This document shows, one piece after another, positions 13,011-27,470 of a stretch of DNA of 64,000 nucleotides. The notes below the pieces were generated by a model. That model was not told the origin of the DNA, did no database searches, and saw only the letters and a program-made list of their open reading frames with translations. Source of the stretch: Dipteris shenzhenensis (lineage: Eukaryota); the NCBI GenBank assembly GCA_047967505.1, contig CM106538.1; one strand, 5' to 3'. Positions within the stretch are counted from its first letter, which is position 1. Every line of letters starts with the position of its first letter. The position numbers were made by a program, and so were the translations under genes.

Positions 13011-15857
13011 ACAACATATTCCCGGATGCATTTTATTAGCCATTCTCGGCTTATGCCTTATTGTGAGCATGTAGTTGGGTTGCCATGCGTGTAATCTAGT
13101 GGATGTGGAACTTGTGTCGTGCCAGTCAATCCTACTATAAAGCCTTGGCACCATACAAATTTTGCTCAATTTTCAGGTAGTTTGTATCCACCATTTGTTC
13201 AAATAGAGATACGTGGCATGCTGATGATTCTTTGATAGAGTCGACTTGTAATCTGAGCATCGATCTGCTCATTGGGATTGAAACAGAGTGAAGGAAAATG
13301 GCTATTGAGGTGACATGGGACCTCTAGAATGTGTTCCAATGTTTTGCAGAAGATAGCACTTAGGTGAAGGAAGCGATCAATGTTGCCGCACATTATTTGC
13401 TCATGCTGTTGAAGTGCTCGGATCATTGTGCCTTGGATATTCCATTCTACATGAGAGTATGGCTCGATCATTGGCCAATTAATGGTGCGATCTTCACCCA
13501 AAGTGTGTATGTTGGCCTCTGATTTGTGACGTTGTGGAACTGCATAGAACTTGGGATGGGTTCTGAGACATGGAGGTGCATGTAGGTACTCTTTCAAGAA
13601 GATTACATCAAAGAGCTCAGGACGGCACCAATTAGATTATGGATCCAACTTGCTTATCCAATCTTTATGAATTTGACACTGACAAAGGTTGGTAGGGAAG
13701 TTGTCTAGGGTCCATCCACCTCAAGTTTTTGTATCAGGATATTTGCTCCAAAATTCCTTGATGGGGTTACTGGGAAGTGGTATCTCATCAAAATCATACC
13801 CATCATTGGAATTTGGCATGGGAGTACAAATTGGATTATCTGGATCCTGATATTCAAAATCAAATATTGTGTCATTTTCTGTTGATGGCAGCGTAACTAG
13901 TGTCAGAGGTGATGACGGGGTAGGGAGAGAATCTGAGGACATGGGGGAGAAATATGGAAGAGTATTAGTTGTGGAAGGGGGAGAAAAGGGGAGGGGGGGA
14001 AAACGTGATGAAAACGTCCATCCTGAGTGCTATAAACCCGGCATGTGTAGATAGGCACAAGATATTTTTCTCATCTTCAGAAAAGTTTTGGAAAATTATG
14101 CGCATACTTTTGATACCTATGGAACATTACCATTTGATTGTTGGATGAGCATATATGATCCTGGAGTTGCTTCCATTGGATAAGCACTCATGCATTGAGG
14201 TGATCTTCCGCTTGTAGAGCAGCCACAAGCTCTTGGTACACCACCGTTGTGCATTGTAGTGGGGCTTCATTGGTGTTGTTTTCCATTGCCTCATTGTTGT
14301 GCACTAGCAATTGGAGTTCAAGCTTGGAGATGATTATCTTTTGGGATTGCATCTCATCCATTTTTTCTTTATATTTATGGTAGATGGACGTATATGCCTC
14401 CTTAAACTTTCTCTCATTTGCAAGGTGACCTTCGCCTGTTGAGAAATGTCTTCAGTGGTATTGGACCATTGGTTTGTGCTTGTGAAGTGCTGGCCTCTTG
14501 AGCGGTAGCAAGTTGGTCCTTTAAGATTTTGCATTCCCTTGTAAGCTCTTCAATGCTGAATGTGCGTATTGCCAAAGAATGTTGCATGTCTTCAAGCTTG
14601 TCTTGGCAATCCTGGAGCTCTTCTTCTTTGTGAATAAGAGTGAGTCGAGCTTGTGCCAGTGCCTCCGTTTGTTGAGCATGTACGGAGGTCAAGGAGTTAT
14701 AGTAGGTCTGTAGGATTGCCGTTGCTTGTACTATGCTGTCAGCTGTGTTTGGCTTTAGTGGAGGTCACATCCTTCACTACCTTCTCTTGAGCTTAGAGAG
14801 CTTGATTCATGCACACTTCTTCAACCTCCTTCTCATCTATTTGTGCCCGAAATGCCTTGACCTCTATGGAAATTGCCTAGAATTGGTCTTTAATTTTTGA
14901 TGCAGTTTGTCTATCCAATTCTCTTGCATATTCCTCCTTGGCCAAGCTACTAAATAGTTCAGACATTTGGATCATTTGGCTAGCTTGATGATGGAGAATG
15001 ATAGATGGTGATGAGGATTGGTGATACTGCTGATACAATTGGTGCCCATGTAGCCATTTTGATGATTCTGTTGTACTTGTGGGGGTTGTTCCAATGGTAT
15101 TTCAGTCACTTGGGTACAATAATCATACTGTTAATCTGGCACTAGCTCCCCTTATGGCTCATGGATTGGCATGGCGTCGATGGGTGGTGCTGGTGTCAAT
15201 GTAGCCTCAGGCTCTGGTGTCGATCTTGCCTCAGGCTCTGGTGCCAAGCTTGCCTCAGGTTCTGGCTACTATTCTTGTTGGAGATATATTGGTTGCAGTT
15301 GTGCACTGAGCTATAGCATCTTGTGGGGAAATTCCTCAATTCCGACCTCTAGAATAGGCATTTCTTTTGAGGTATTTGCATTTGCCAATGTGATAGTAGG
15401 AGAAGTTGGTGACGGCTCCCATACTGGTGAGAAGGGAATGTCCAACTTCTCAATAGGTTTTGGTGATTGGGGCAGAGTCATTTCTCATTCCTGTAGATCT
15501 TTATTATTGATTATAGCCAATAAGTGTGGAATTTTACATTTTTGGCCTGATGAACCATCTAGTTTTTTTGTGAAGAAGATGACTAAGTGTTGGATCCAGT
15601 CTTGCTTTAGTTTCCTACTGAGCAAAACAAATGTGCAGAGTCAAAGGGTTTGATTCTTTCTTCACTTAAGCCCCGGGATTATAGATAGGAATTGTGCTAC
15701 TTCCTTGAGGCGAGGGTTAACGATGGTGCGAAGCAATATGCCATCCCTATGGCACATTGTGCCCTTGGCGAGGAGAGGATGTACTTCGAGAAGTTTAGCA
15801 TCGACAGGCCTTGTAGGGTATTTGGCACCTTGTGTTGTGAGTGAGAAGGCCCTTTGA

Positions 15858-16260
15858 ATGATTGTACTTCAACCTCCTCCCGACCTCTCAACCATCCCCC
15901 ACCCCACTTCTTGCACCCTCTTCACAACCCAGGGAGTCACCCACGCAGTGCTTAAGCTTCACAATGGCCGAGCTAAGGATCATGAGGGCCTATGCACAGA
16001 GTTTGTTGCCTATGGCATCAAAACTCTAGCCCCCATCCCCACAACGCTGTTCAATGAAGCTGTCTGCCACGGGTTCCCTAGAGCCTGGACCCTGAACACT
16101 ATCACACCCATCCACAAAGCAGGAGATCCCATGGATCCAGGGAATTACAAGACCATCATGATTGGACATGTTATGTCCAAGATCTATGCATCAGTGTTAG
16201 ATGGCGAGGTCAGTGCTTGTGCAGAGGTACAGGGGCTCAGGGCATTCGGATAGGCCGGGA
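15858..16260 (+). mobile_element. LINE reverse-transcriptase N-terminal fragment
   Basis: LHNGRAKDHEGL...LFNEAVCHGFPRAW...ITPIHKAGDPMDPGNYKTIMIGHVMSKIY corresponds to non-LTR RT domains 0-2. Confidence 0.85.
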
Positions 16261-16269
16261 TCACTCGAA

Positions 16270-17830
16270 TTACGATCGCATTTTTTCTAGTGAGAGAAGT
16301 TCCAGTTCATGGTCAGAGAAGGGGAGGGACAGAAGAGCACTAGCCTTGTGACAAAGAGCGTCATCCAGAAGTCTTCTAGAAAAGTAGGCTCTGTCCAGTC
16401 GAGCTTTTCTATGATTCTATCCTATCTGATTATTAGTCCAGGTGAAAGTAGTGTCCTCAAAGGCATCGATCAAGAAAGCTTGATCTTTAAGGTTATTCCA
16501 GGCTTCCAGAGTCAATCCCTCTTAGAACGTTGCCTAGCCCATTCCATCTATCTCTTTTGCTTTCAACCATATTGAAATTCCCTAGGAGGATAGATTTATC
16601 TTTCAGGGATTTGCCTTCCCACATGAGTACCCTATCCTTAACAGAGTTGGGGGTGTAGATCGAGAACACCTAACACTCTAAGTTGGGATGCATGAAGTCC
16701 AATCCGAAGGTGGTTAAGACCCTCCTACTGCGTGGGAAAGGTGCTTGGAAACTCCCATCATTACCCCCCTCTACTTTCTTCATGATCAGTGCAAAACCAC
16801 TCTCTTTTGTCATCAATCTAGCTAAGTTGCCACCTTAGCTTTGATCCCCCAACCTTGACTTCCTGTAGTGCTATAAAGTTAGGGTTGAGACCTTTTCCAT
16901 CTTCTAAGAATTTTTGGTCTAAGATCATTTGATAACTCTTGGACATTGATACTAAGGAAAGTGAAGAGATCTTGTTTTTACATCATTGGGTATTAATTTT
17001 GTTTCTTTTCTTCTTAAAATTAACCTGTGGCACTAGGTTGAAGCCTCGTGATAGACTTCTCTTCTCTCGCTATATGGAGCTTGGCTCCTTAGGCTTCTTG
17101 TTTGGAGGGGCTGATTGAAGACTTTGCCTTTCAGCCTATAGAGATTTTCTACCTTTCACTAGAGTAAATGGGAAGTCATCTCTATCCCGGGGTTCGTGTT
17201 TTGCTTGTTCAAGTTGGGCTTCTAATTCCTAAGTGTTTTCTATGAATTCTTCTTCCTTTGAGCTACCTGAAAGTTTTTCATTAGTGGTCGCCCTCGAGTC
17301 TACTTGACCTACTTGTTTCTCTTTCCTGACTTCCCTCCACTGAGATTTATCCTTCCCGTGGTTCTTGGTTTTGGGGTCAGCTGGGGGGGCTTCTTCTTCT
17401 TCTTCTTGCACATCCTATGGGTGAGGCATACGTGTCTCTGTGTTTTCTTTCCTACGGCTGTTCCTAGCGAAACGTGCTTAATGAAGTGTCCTCCCAGGCC
17501 ACAGAGGAAGCAGGAGTTGGGGATGTTCTTGTAAAAGACTTTCTGTATTAGCTCCACTCCATCCCCATCTAGACCTCGAATGGCATTCCGTGGGGCTGTC
17601 GCTAAGTCCATCAGGACACAAGCTTGGGGGTTTACTCTTACACTGATAAAACTTTTTGTTTCAAAAGGGGCGTATAGAGCCTCAATCTACGGGAAGAGTG
17701 AGTGAGAGGTCGGGGAATTCTACACAAATTGGTGCTTTAGAGGGCAGAGGTGTATTAGGGTTAAAGGTAGGTTCATGAAATGGCATCAAAAGTACTACAA
17801 AAGGGCTTCTGGACTAGCCTCTGTCTGTTC
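16270..17830 (-). mobile_element. Decayed L1-type LINE: ORF1 zinc knuckle and endonuclease
   Basis: YKNIPNSCFLCGLGGHFIKH knuckle at about 17480-17540. Endonuclease motif FTWTNNQIG..RKARLDRAYF at about 16380-16450. Confidence 0.75.
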
Positions 17831-17836
17831 GAAAAA

Positions 17837-19360
17837 CATTGATAGTTGGTAATATTGGTATCTACATTCACCCTAGAATGGAAGAATTTGAAAATGTGCA
17901 ATTTGTGCATGTGCAAAGCGCTTTTCATAAATCCAAAACTATTTACAATTTTGTATTGTTTCTTTGTCCAAGCAATTCCTTGCTATATGGCTCATAAGCA
18001 TGTGAAAGTTCAATGCATTTCATAATACACAACATCAAACCTGATAGCATTCCCTTTGGCCTATTTGTGTTTTAAAGCATTTTAGGCCACATTGCACTTG
18101 GTTGGGGGCAACCAGTATATCCAATTTTGATGACATGTATCATCGGAGGGGGGAAACCACAATGGCTGAAAATTTTATTACCCCCACATACTTTTGAATT
18201 TTCACACCTCCCATCTTGCAAATATATGAATATTAAAGTACATCCAACCTCCGCCACCCTACAGCCTATACTGTATATAGTCACCTCGAGGTGACCTCGT
18301 TCTTGTGCACATTTTGGTTTGACATAATCTTCTTTACTTAGGTAAGTTGTCTTCCATTCTTTTCTCTCCTCATAAGCTAGCTGGTCTCTATTTTGCTGGG
18401 TCTATTTTAGAGGTTCACTGATCATCACCATGACATCAATGGTAAGATACAGATCATCATGGCTTGCAAGAGAAGCATATACAGGTTGTGAGATGAAAGC
18501 TAAAAATCTTGGTCAAGGCACAAGGAATAGATTGTAGGGTGAGTCACAAAACGAAATGGTAACTAAAGACACTTTTGCAACTCTTGTAGAGGGTGATACA
18601 ATGAGAAGAAAGAAGACTCCTTACAGAGGAGTAGTAGGAAGAAGTTGCAGATGCACACATTTGATCATTACCATCGGAATAAAGTAACACGAGCTATGGT
18701 CTCATGATTGGTGGGGCAATAACATTAGGCTACTTAGGTGAATATTAGTCTCAAATCTTCACAAGCTTTAGATTGCACCCTACAATTCATAGAGTGATAA
18801 TCCTACCGAAAACCTGGGAGATGCACGTCCCAAAGATGATGCTCTCTAACATGAGAAATGGCCTACAAAAAGCGAAAGGGGTGCACATCTTAGATCAACT
18901 AGCTGTAAATAGGGCGACATTAACTATGCTGCTATCCCTTGAAATAAAGAAGAAATAGCTTGGCTGCACAACATGAAGAAGAAATAAATAGCAATATATT
19001 GTTATTGTCTAATTGATGATGACCAATCTGGTGGTTGAAATTGTTGTGTTTCCTAGTAGTTAAATTAGTTAATTTTAATTTTTGGGCTTGTTCAGATCAT
19101 ACAATTAATTTCTAAGACAGGCTAGTTTAGACTCAATGTGATTGTCCTAAAGCATCCCGGTGATTGGAACATCATGCAATATGTCATAAAGCTAGTTTAT
19201 GTCAAACAATAGTTATGCACATGATTGTTCTAAACCAGTGTGATTCAATAGAAATATAATTCACAACAAAAATAAGCAGGAATATATTTTTATTGTTTAA
19301 TTGATGACCAACCTAGTGGTTGAAATTGATGTGTTTCCTAGTAGTTAAATTAGTTAAGAC
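17837..19360 (+). mobile_element. DFAENY-family DNA transposon, 5' part (copy A)
   Basis: Collinear similarity to 23610-25130. The CATTGATAG terminus region is shared with the reverse complement of 54530-54619. Confidence 0.7.
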
Positions 19361-20768
19361 GGACATTCCGACACTTTCCACTTGTTTTAAAAAAAAAATC
19401 TTTGTATTTAGCGTTAGTATTGGTGTCGAAGAACAGCACGTGTCTTGTAGTGTGTCAAAGCTTATGTAAAGCAAGACTAAGAGAAAATGGATATTCTCTC
19501 TCTTTTCTTGCATATATTCATCGTAACTCCGTGCTAAGAGCCGATGAGAGTCGACTCTTATTTAAGTTATTATCGTTTGCATGCTACCCGCTCTCATATA
19601 ATCAAAACTTTTCTTCTTCTTTAGATTGTTTATCTCTTCTTCTATAGGTATGTTGTAATTTTCTCATGAATAAGATTGCTATTCTCTCTTAATTGTATCA
19701 AAGCCATAAGTGATGATCGTAGGGGCAACAAAATTGACAAATTTAGCTGCAACTCAATACAACTTGGTATATACTGAGTATATACTATTCTTGCACAAAT
19801 GGTGACCATGGAAGCATCACCAACACAAGTAATGGAGGCCTTCAATGGAAAAGAATTTCCTTCATGGATTTTACACTCAATTTCTTCTCATGCAATGTGA
19901 TCTTTGGTCAGCCACTTCTAGCAAAGAAAAGAGACCTTGTAGTACTCAGGATGATGAGAAATAACTCATAAGGAGTTGGTAGAAATAAGAAATCTCTAGG
20001 AGTGCTTGAAAAAGTGCTTGGCAAAATTATGCCAACAATCTTGAATGTGGCAAGATAATAGTGGACAACTGGAGAGAATTGGTGCTATTCAGAAGCATGG
20101 AATAACATTACCAAAGAAGGATATAGTTTGAAGGTGAACAAGAATGAAGATTTGTATTTTCATTTTGTTCTTTATGTTCTTACTAACATAATTGTTATGT
20201 TGTAACCATGAATTGCTAGCTCTTTGACAAACTTGTATGGGTAGACTTTCATGTCCCAATATGTGAATAATGTATGATTTAAACTTTCCATTCTATAAAC
20301 AATATAAAAGTCTGTTACCACCGTAAAGTAAATTGAGTAAAACCTATTAGAATTCTTTATCAAGAACTACAAAAGATTAAAAATTAAATAAACAAATCCT
20401 ATTCAAAGCCTCTACTCTACCTATGCACATTAACATCACTATCAAAATGCTCTCCATTTTAGGATAGTTGTGGTGTTACCTTGGTGTTACCACCTTGTTA
20501 GTATTATTGATTACATTACATTGTAATGTGTTCTTGAATACTTGATTGCATCACTCAAGGAGGTACACAAGCTATTTAGAGCCTATAGCTATATCATCAC
20601 GAAAGTTTTACGATGCAAGCACAAAAGAGGAGTGTAGAGACTCCTCGAAGAAACAATTAGGTTTTCTCTTCTATATCAATAAAGTCGTCACTTTCTGGTT
20701 TAAAAAAAGAAAAAGAGTGCACAAGTGCACATGTATTGGAGAGTGTATGCACTTTACTATAAATGGCA

Positions 20769-20940
20769 TCTCCTAGCCTTATTTAGAACTTATAGTTTCA
20801 TTTAGCTTGATATAACCTTTTGGAACCTTATTTTTAAAAAAATAAAAGGAGACGTCTCCTAGTCTTATGTAGAGCTTATAGTTTCGTTTAGCTTGATATA
20901 ACCTTTTGGAACCTTATTAAAAAAAAAAAAAGGGAGACTC
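20769..20940. repeat. Tandem duplication, about 85 bp x2
   Basis: TCTCCTAG.CTTAT.TAGA.CTTATAGTTTC.TTTAGCTTGATATAACCTTTTGGAACCTTATT occurs twice. Confidence 0.85.
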
Positions 20941-21719
20941 TCCACTAGAGGAGTGTCTCCAAGGAGGCAGGGCTAATCAACAACGAGCATTAGAAAACAC
21001 CATAATGCTCAATATGGAGTCTCCATTACAAGAGTCTCTCTAAGAAGGCCGTCCTAATAAACAACAAGAATTTGTATACACCATAATGCTCAATATGTGG
21101 CAACTTCAACAGCCAGCTTCGTCAGAGATGAACAAAGAGAGATACCCAAGCGTAATGACCCCGTGAGAGAAACAAACATCAAAACACTACGCACAAATCT
21201 CAGTCTGCTTAAGAGACGACCAACCAGCATTACTTCTTCTTTCTTCCTTTCGATCCAAGGCTTTTTGTTGCACCTGCTTTGGAGGATCCCCGGCCGAACG
21301 ACGTATTATTGGCCTGCGCCTTCCGTGTAGAAAGAGGTACAATTGTAAACCAACCGAACAAGACGTGCGCTGATTTTCTCATCCCAGAAGGCTTCTTGAA
21401 GAAGACGAAGAACGTGATCCTGTTACTCCATCTGCGTCCTTTCCTGGAGCGGCAAACACACAAAGTTTTCTCGCGGGATGATCGACAGGTGCAGTAGGTC
21501 ACTTTTCTATCATGTCCCCACATCGTATCTCTCTTTGCTTAGCTACTCTGTTTACGTCTCTACAACCCCTCTGTCATCTTCCATTTTAAGACCCATCTCT
21601 CTGATCTTCCGGATACAAACCGCCCTTGCAGCTTGAATCTAGACAATGCGCAAGCTGAAGTCATAATGTAGAATTAAGGCAATGGTCGGAAAACGCCAAA
21701 TGGCCACCACGTGATTTGG

Positions 21720-22070
21720 CGGAGGATCCAACCTCGAGGCCGACGCAAGACGGACGTTTGTTGTCTTTTCTATTGGGAGCATTAGAGCCCAAAGGCTACT
21801 CTATTAAACGGCATTGAGGAGGCCGGAGCTTCTCCAAGTGACATGCTCGGAGATGAGACGAACATTTCAGAAAATTTCCGATAAGTACTGAGTTCATAGC
21901 AATTCTTCTAGGGAAAATGCCAATCAAAGTGATGAACAAGCCAGGAGGGTATGCTTTTATTGAGTACAAGAGTTCAAGTGACATGAATGATGCCTACAAA
22001 CCAGCTCATGATGAAAAATTGGCAATCAAGTTGATATCGAGTGGGGACACATTGCATACGCATATTGCCT
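21720..22070 (+). pseudogene. Degenerate RRM fragment resembling U1 snRNP 70K
   Basis: NKPGGYAFIEYKSSSDMNDAYKPA (RNP1-like) followed by frameshifted VDIEWG, resembling U1-70K KPRGYAFIEY...DMKAAYK...VDVERG. Confidence 0.5.
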
Positions 22071-22756
22071 AAAATTCACTACTGCATGATGCATTGACGC
22101 GACCTAGATTAGTGTCACTACTACCAGCTCCTCGAGCTCCTTCACCCTCTACATCAATGTGCATCACATCTTGTCTCTCTTATCCTGTTGCGCAATAGTC
22201 AACTGCACCATCATTAATTTCAACTTTGTGGGCCTTTCTTGATTCTTTCGACATGATCTTTAGTTGTGTACCCAAAGTAGCTTGAAGATAGCTGGGAGTG
22301 CATAATTGTCTAGATGTTTCTAAATTATATGGCACAACTACTCCTACCCTAGTAAATAATGGCAATGGTGCTCCTACGGCGAGAACATTGGGCTTATTAA
22401 AGGCACCAACTGCTGTTCTTTCGATTCATGTAGAGCCTGGTAGAACTCTCAGTCTAAGAGAGCAAATCGGACATTAGCAGTGGTCTCTAAATTTCACACC
22501 TTATTTCTCCGATGGTGATTCTGAGAATCTCAAAGACAGTGGCGATCATAACAGCAACAAAAGGAAGCATAAGTCTGCTTTAACATTATAAAAAAGGTCT
22601 TTACAAGCAGGAGAACATGGCACAAATTCCTAGAAGCCTTGGAAAGAAGAGACCACGAGAGGATAATTCACAAGGAGTCTTGGAAGAGGCAAGAAATGGC
22701 TAGGCCGAACAAGGAACAGGACCTAGGAGCTCAAGAGTGTGTTGTTTTAGCACTCC

Positions 22757-22895
22757 CGTAATCTAAAATCCGAGCCGGTTTGTTTACCAGGAGAGCACGA
22801 TGTAAAAATCAGATGAAGGCCATGATTTCGTAATCTAAAATCCGAGCCGGTCTGATTGCTAGGAGAGCACGATGTAAAAATTAGGATGAAGGCCG
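22757..22895. repeat. Direct repeat, about 65-72 bp x2
   Basis: CGTAATCTAAAATCCGAGCCGGT...AGGAGAGCACGATGTAAAAAT...GATGAAGGCC occurs twice. Confidence 0.85.
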
Positions 22896-23609
22896 TCGGC
22901 ATTTGTGGGAGTGAATGTGAACTATTTAAAGGTTACATCATTCTTCCAATTTGTGGTTTTTATTGATCGTCAAAAGCGGTAATGATCGTTTTCAATAGTA
23001 ATTAGTTCTTGACTTGTTTAAGTTGCCAACGAGTAAGAGAAATTGCTCATGGATTCACTGACTTAGAAGCCCAAAATGAAGTAAGCTTGCCAATTGAGCT
23101 CCAAAGCTTTGAGAAACACTTTGATTGAGCTCCAAAACTTTGGAAAAAATCTTGCAGAAAATTCATGGGCATATCAGGACTTGGAAGCTTGGAGGGTTCA
23201 CCTCTAAAACTTTTAGTGTACCATGTGCAGTCAAAAGGAGGGGTATTTTAATCCCACTTTTGGAAAAAATTTAACAGGATTACAATAATAGGAGGGGTTT
23301 TTTAATTCAAATTTAGAAAAAAATCCGTTAGCTCATGAGTAAAGAGGGGTGGTTTTATTGGGGGGGGGGAATTTTAGTTGAGGGGTTTTTTAAATACCCC
23401 TTGAATGCATGTGATACCTAGGATTTCTTAGTAGTGCACCCCCTGAGCTTGGAAGCTAGGTAAGGGATGGCAAATTAGGAGGCACATGAGCTCAAGGGTA
23501 GAGAGATGATTATCGCGATGTCTCTGGAGCCAAACAAGGCTAAGAGTGAGAAGGCTATGGTCCTTCGCAAGTAGAAGAACAGGCTACATATTGATAAATC
23601 CAACAAGCT

Positions 23610-26600
23610 ACATGCACAAAGATCTTTTAATAAATCCAACACTATTTACAATTTTGAATTGTTTCTTTTTCCAGGCACTTGCTTGCTGTATGGCTCATAA
23701 GCATGCCAAAGTTCATTGCATTTCATAATACACAGCATCAAACCCAATGCCCTTTGGTATATTTGTGTTTTGAAGCATTTTAGGCCACATTGCACTTGTT
23801 TGGGATATCCAATTCTGCCGATGTGTATCACCAGATGGGGAAAAATCGGCAACTAAAAGATTTGCTACTCCCACAAATTTAGAATTTTCACACCTCCCAC
23901 CCATCAAATCTTAGAGGATTAAGTACCTGAAACCTGCTCCCGCCTTGAAATGCCTTGCAACCCGCATGCACCTTGATGTAACCTTGCACAAACTTTGGTT
24001 TGCCATTGTCTTATTTCGGGTAAGTTGTCTTCTATTCTTTGCTTGCCTCACCAGTTAGGTTCTCTGGGTCTATTCTGGATTGATTGTGGCCATGGCAACA
24101 TGCAGCTGCCATGTCTTGCAAGAGAAGCAGACAGAGGCTACAAGAAATGAAAGCTAAAAAGCCATGTTAAGGCACAAGGAACATATTGCAGATCAAGGAA
24201 TGTGCTGGCACGGTATCGAAACAATAACAGAAGACACTTTTGCAACATCTGCAAAGGGAGAAACAATGAGAAGAAAGAAGAATCCTTGTAGAGCAGCAGC
24301 AAGAAGTGGTTGGAAGATGCACGCATATGATCATTGCCATTGGAGCGAAGAACATGAGCTGGGGTGTCACGATTGGTGGGAGCATTCTAGGCAGCAACAT
24401 CAGGCCATTTAGGTGATTACCAGTCTCGAGTCTTCACAAGCTTTAGCCTCTGCATGCTAAAGTTCATAGCATAACAACCCTATCAACACCTCGGGAGATG
24501 CACGCCCAAGAGGTGATGCTCTCTAACCTGAGAAATGGCCTATCCCTGGCCTATAGAGAGTGAAAGGGGTGCACAGCTTAGATCAACTAGTTGCAAAGAG
24601 GGAGACATTATCTATGTTGGTGTCCCTTGAAACAAAGGAGAAATGGCTTGGGTGCACAATGTCGAAGATGTTGTCAATCAGAAGGACCAATGTGGCTCCA
24701 ACCACTAGCAGTTGAACATAGAGTAGAAGTAATGCACGATCATCCCGATCCAAGAAGTCTGTGGGCTTCAATAGAACACAAGAAAAGGAGAGATACCATA
24801 AGTGCGGAAGTTATTGCTACAATGACGATGTTTTGGCATGAAAATATGAGATTTCTCCAAATATAAAGGACACCTGTAGAATGCAGATGGGATGTAAGGT
24901 GTTTGAGGAGCACATCATACACATGCTAGATACAATGCAGGTCAGCAATGCCTAAACCAGCCCGGGGGTTGTTTGTGATTGAGCTTTGGGATAGTTTACT
25001 TGTTTCATTTCTTAAACCAGGCTTGGACTAAATGTGATTGTCCTAAACCAGCCCAGTGTTGATTGTCCAAAATGTGTCCTAAACCAATCCGGTGATTGAA
25101 ATTGTGACTGTTCTCGACCAGCGTGATGGTTAAAAATTATTTTGCTTCATTATATACTTTAATTAGACTGCGTTTTGTCTTGTTTTAGTAGTGCAAAAAG
25201 GGGGCTCACTGTTCTGTTGTTCCCGCATGTTGGGTCAACAGATGGAGTTGTATCTCAAATTTATGGATCAAAATCTAGACATTTCAATTGGCCAGAGGAG
25301 TTTTGAGCATTGTAAGCCCTGGTACGTCAAGAAAATCAAAGACAAGAATGCTTGTTGTTGCAAAACACACATAGACTTTGACCTGGCCGGGCAAGCTATG
25401 AATGACTTGAGATCTGGTCGTGTTGGAGCATTGATCCATGGGAATCGATGCCCATGCTTCCCCGATGAATGCACAGTTTGTAGGCCACCTCATCATGTGT
25501 TGCAAGGGAGGGCAGGTTTTGTGGTCTAAGGTCTCTGTGGGAGCAAGTGGTTTGTTCAATGGGAGACTGTGGGTGGCATCGCATTAAATGCATTCGTAGC
25601 ACATGCAAGCATTGTAGTTTGAACTTGAAGAAGAAGACATTTTATGTTTGTCCAAATGAAATGAGGGAAGACATTCATGTTGCTCTAAAATGGAGGGGAT
25701 TTGATAATGTCAATGTTGAAGGATCTGATAAAAAGAGATGGTTGTCATATAAGAGTACTCAGCCAAGGGAGCTTATAAGTCACGTGGTTCAATCCATCCC
25801 AAAATATGTGCTTCACAATTTCATGGGTAGCTAATAGGATAAGCAGTTCAGGACGTGCCTTACCAATTTTCCCCATGACATGATTGTCTCTCTCATAGAT
25901 TTTGCTGAAAATTATTCATTTTAAGAACAAGATGAGATACAAAGTGCTCATTGGTACAACAAGCAGATAACAATTCTTGTGCATATCACGTATAGTCTTT
26001 TGCTTGATTCTTCCACATCCAATGCCAATCTGCTTGTTGACTCACATGAGTCTAGGTTAGTGCAACTCACAAATACCATTTCTACATTTCAAATGATAGG
26101 GAACATGACACCTTATTTTGTGCAGCATGCTTTTCTACTACATTGGGAATGGCTAAAAAAGGAGAATGTATTTGAGACTATGATTCTTTTAGTAAATCCC
26201 AAACTAACCACCGCACTTGTTTTTGTAAATCCCAAATGATAAATCCCATGCTTTTTAGTATATCCCAAACAACCACCGTGCTAGTTTTATTAAATTGTTT
26301 TTGTAAGTCCCAAATGGTAATCCCATGCTTGTTTTTAGTATATCCCAACAACCACCATGTTGGTTTTATTAAATCCCATAACGAATCCACACATCCACAA
26401 ATCCATTCATCTTGTAATAATAGAAGCAAACTAGTATGCTGGTGGCTATTAATATCCTAGTGCAGCCAACCATTGCATTGGCAATCACTTATCTTGCACT
26501 ACTACCATGCTTTTTACTAAAACAATCCCCTTTAGATTGGCTATCTTTAATCGTCAGATTTCAACCACCGGGCTACTTAAAACATTTAAGTACTAACATG
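23610..26600 (+). mobile_element. DFAENY-family DNA transposon with a decayed, spliced transposase pseudogene (copy B)
   Basis: Motifs SFEHCKPWYVKK..NACCCKTH (about 25300-25375), IDFAENYSF*EQDEIQSAHWYNKQITILVH (about 25895-25985) and FVQHAFLLHW. Probable intron at about 24941-25188. Truncated before the later catalytic motifs. Confidence 0.75.
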
Positions 26601-27294
26601 GAAGTAGGTCGACACAAAATCAGGTATTACGAGCACCATAGATCATGGATGATGGTAGGCTGAGAAAGTCTACAAGTCCAAGAAATGTCTGCAAGATTTT
26701 TACTTTTTCAAAATACGTCAAAATTCTAAACTCCCAACTATCTTATCAACCTCTCTATAGCAAGCATCTCCGAGCTCTTTAGGCGAGTCTAATGGACTAT
26801 TGTAGACCTCTTCACACACTTGGATCACACACTACTTGCTTGTCTCTACCAACTTGTATGCCCATAGTAACTCCTCCTTTTGCTTGGGGTCCTCTTCATC
26901 TTGGTATTTGCCCTTTATACAACTTTGCACCTTCATCATGTCTTGCCAAAAGAAACCTACATCATAAGCTTGGCAAGTACCTTAAAGGAGCAGGAAAAAC
27001 AATAGCCAGGGAAATTAATATTCACCATCTTTGCCGACTCCAAGTAATACACCAACCACCAAAGAATGTCCTCCTTGTAGCTATTTTCCTCCTTCTCCGA
27101 GTTTGTTTCTACAAGGAGGTCATCCAACATGGTTTTCAGATAGAACAAAAGCATTCCAAAGTCTTTTGGTGGGTATGCCATAGATTCACAGTAGGTGGAC
27201 CGGTGTACAGAGTTTTGGGGCTAGATTTCATAATGGGCTCTTAGTTGTGTTTGTACTACACTTAAATAGGGAGAGAGTTCATTTCTCATTCTTC

Positions 27295-27470
27295 AGTCTC
27301 ACATTATTTGTCTAATCGAAATCTTTCATTTCACATTAGTTGTCTAATTGAAATCTTTTGTCTCACATTAGTTGAATAATTGAAATATTTCAATCTCACA
27401 ATAGTTGTCTAATCAAAATCTTTCGTCTCACATTAGTTGTGTAATCAAAATCTTTCATCTTACATTATGG
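27295..27470. repeat. Minisatellite, about 31 bp x6
   Basis: CACATTAGTTGTCTAAT(C/T)(G/A)AAATCTTT.. units. Confidence 0.8.

Noticed and set aside
13020-15650. Host gene on the minus strand (coiled-coil and Pro/Gln-rich ORFs)
   Set aside because: Fragmented with no recognisable domain; probably a decayed retroelement accessory ORF, but unsupported.
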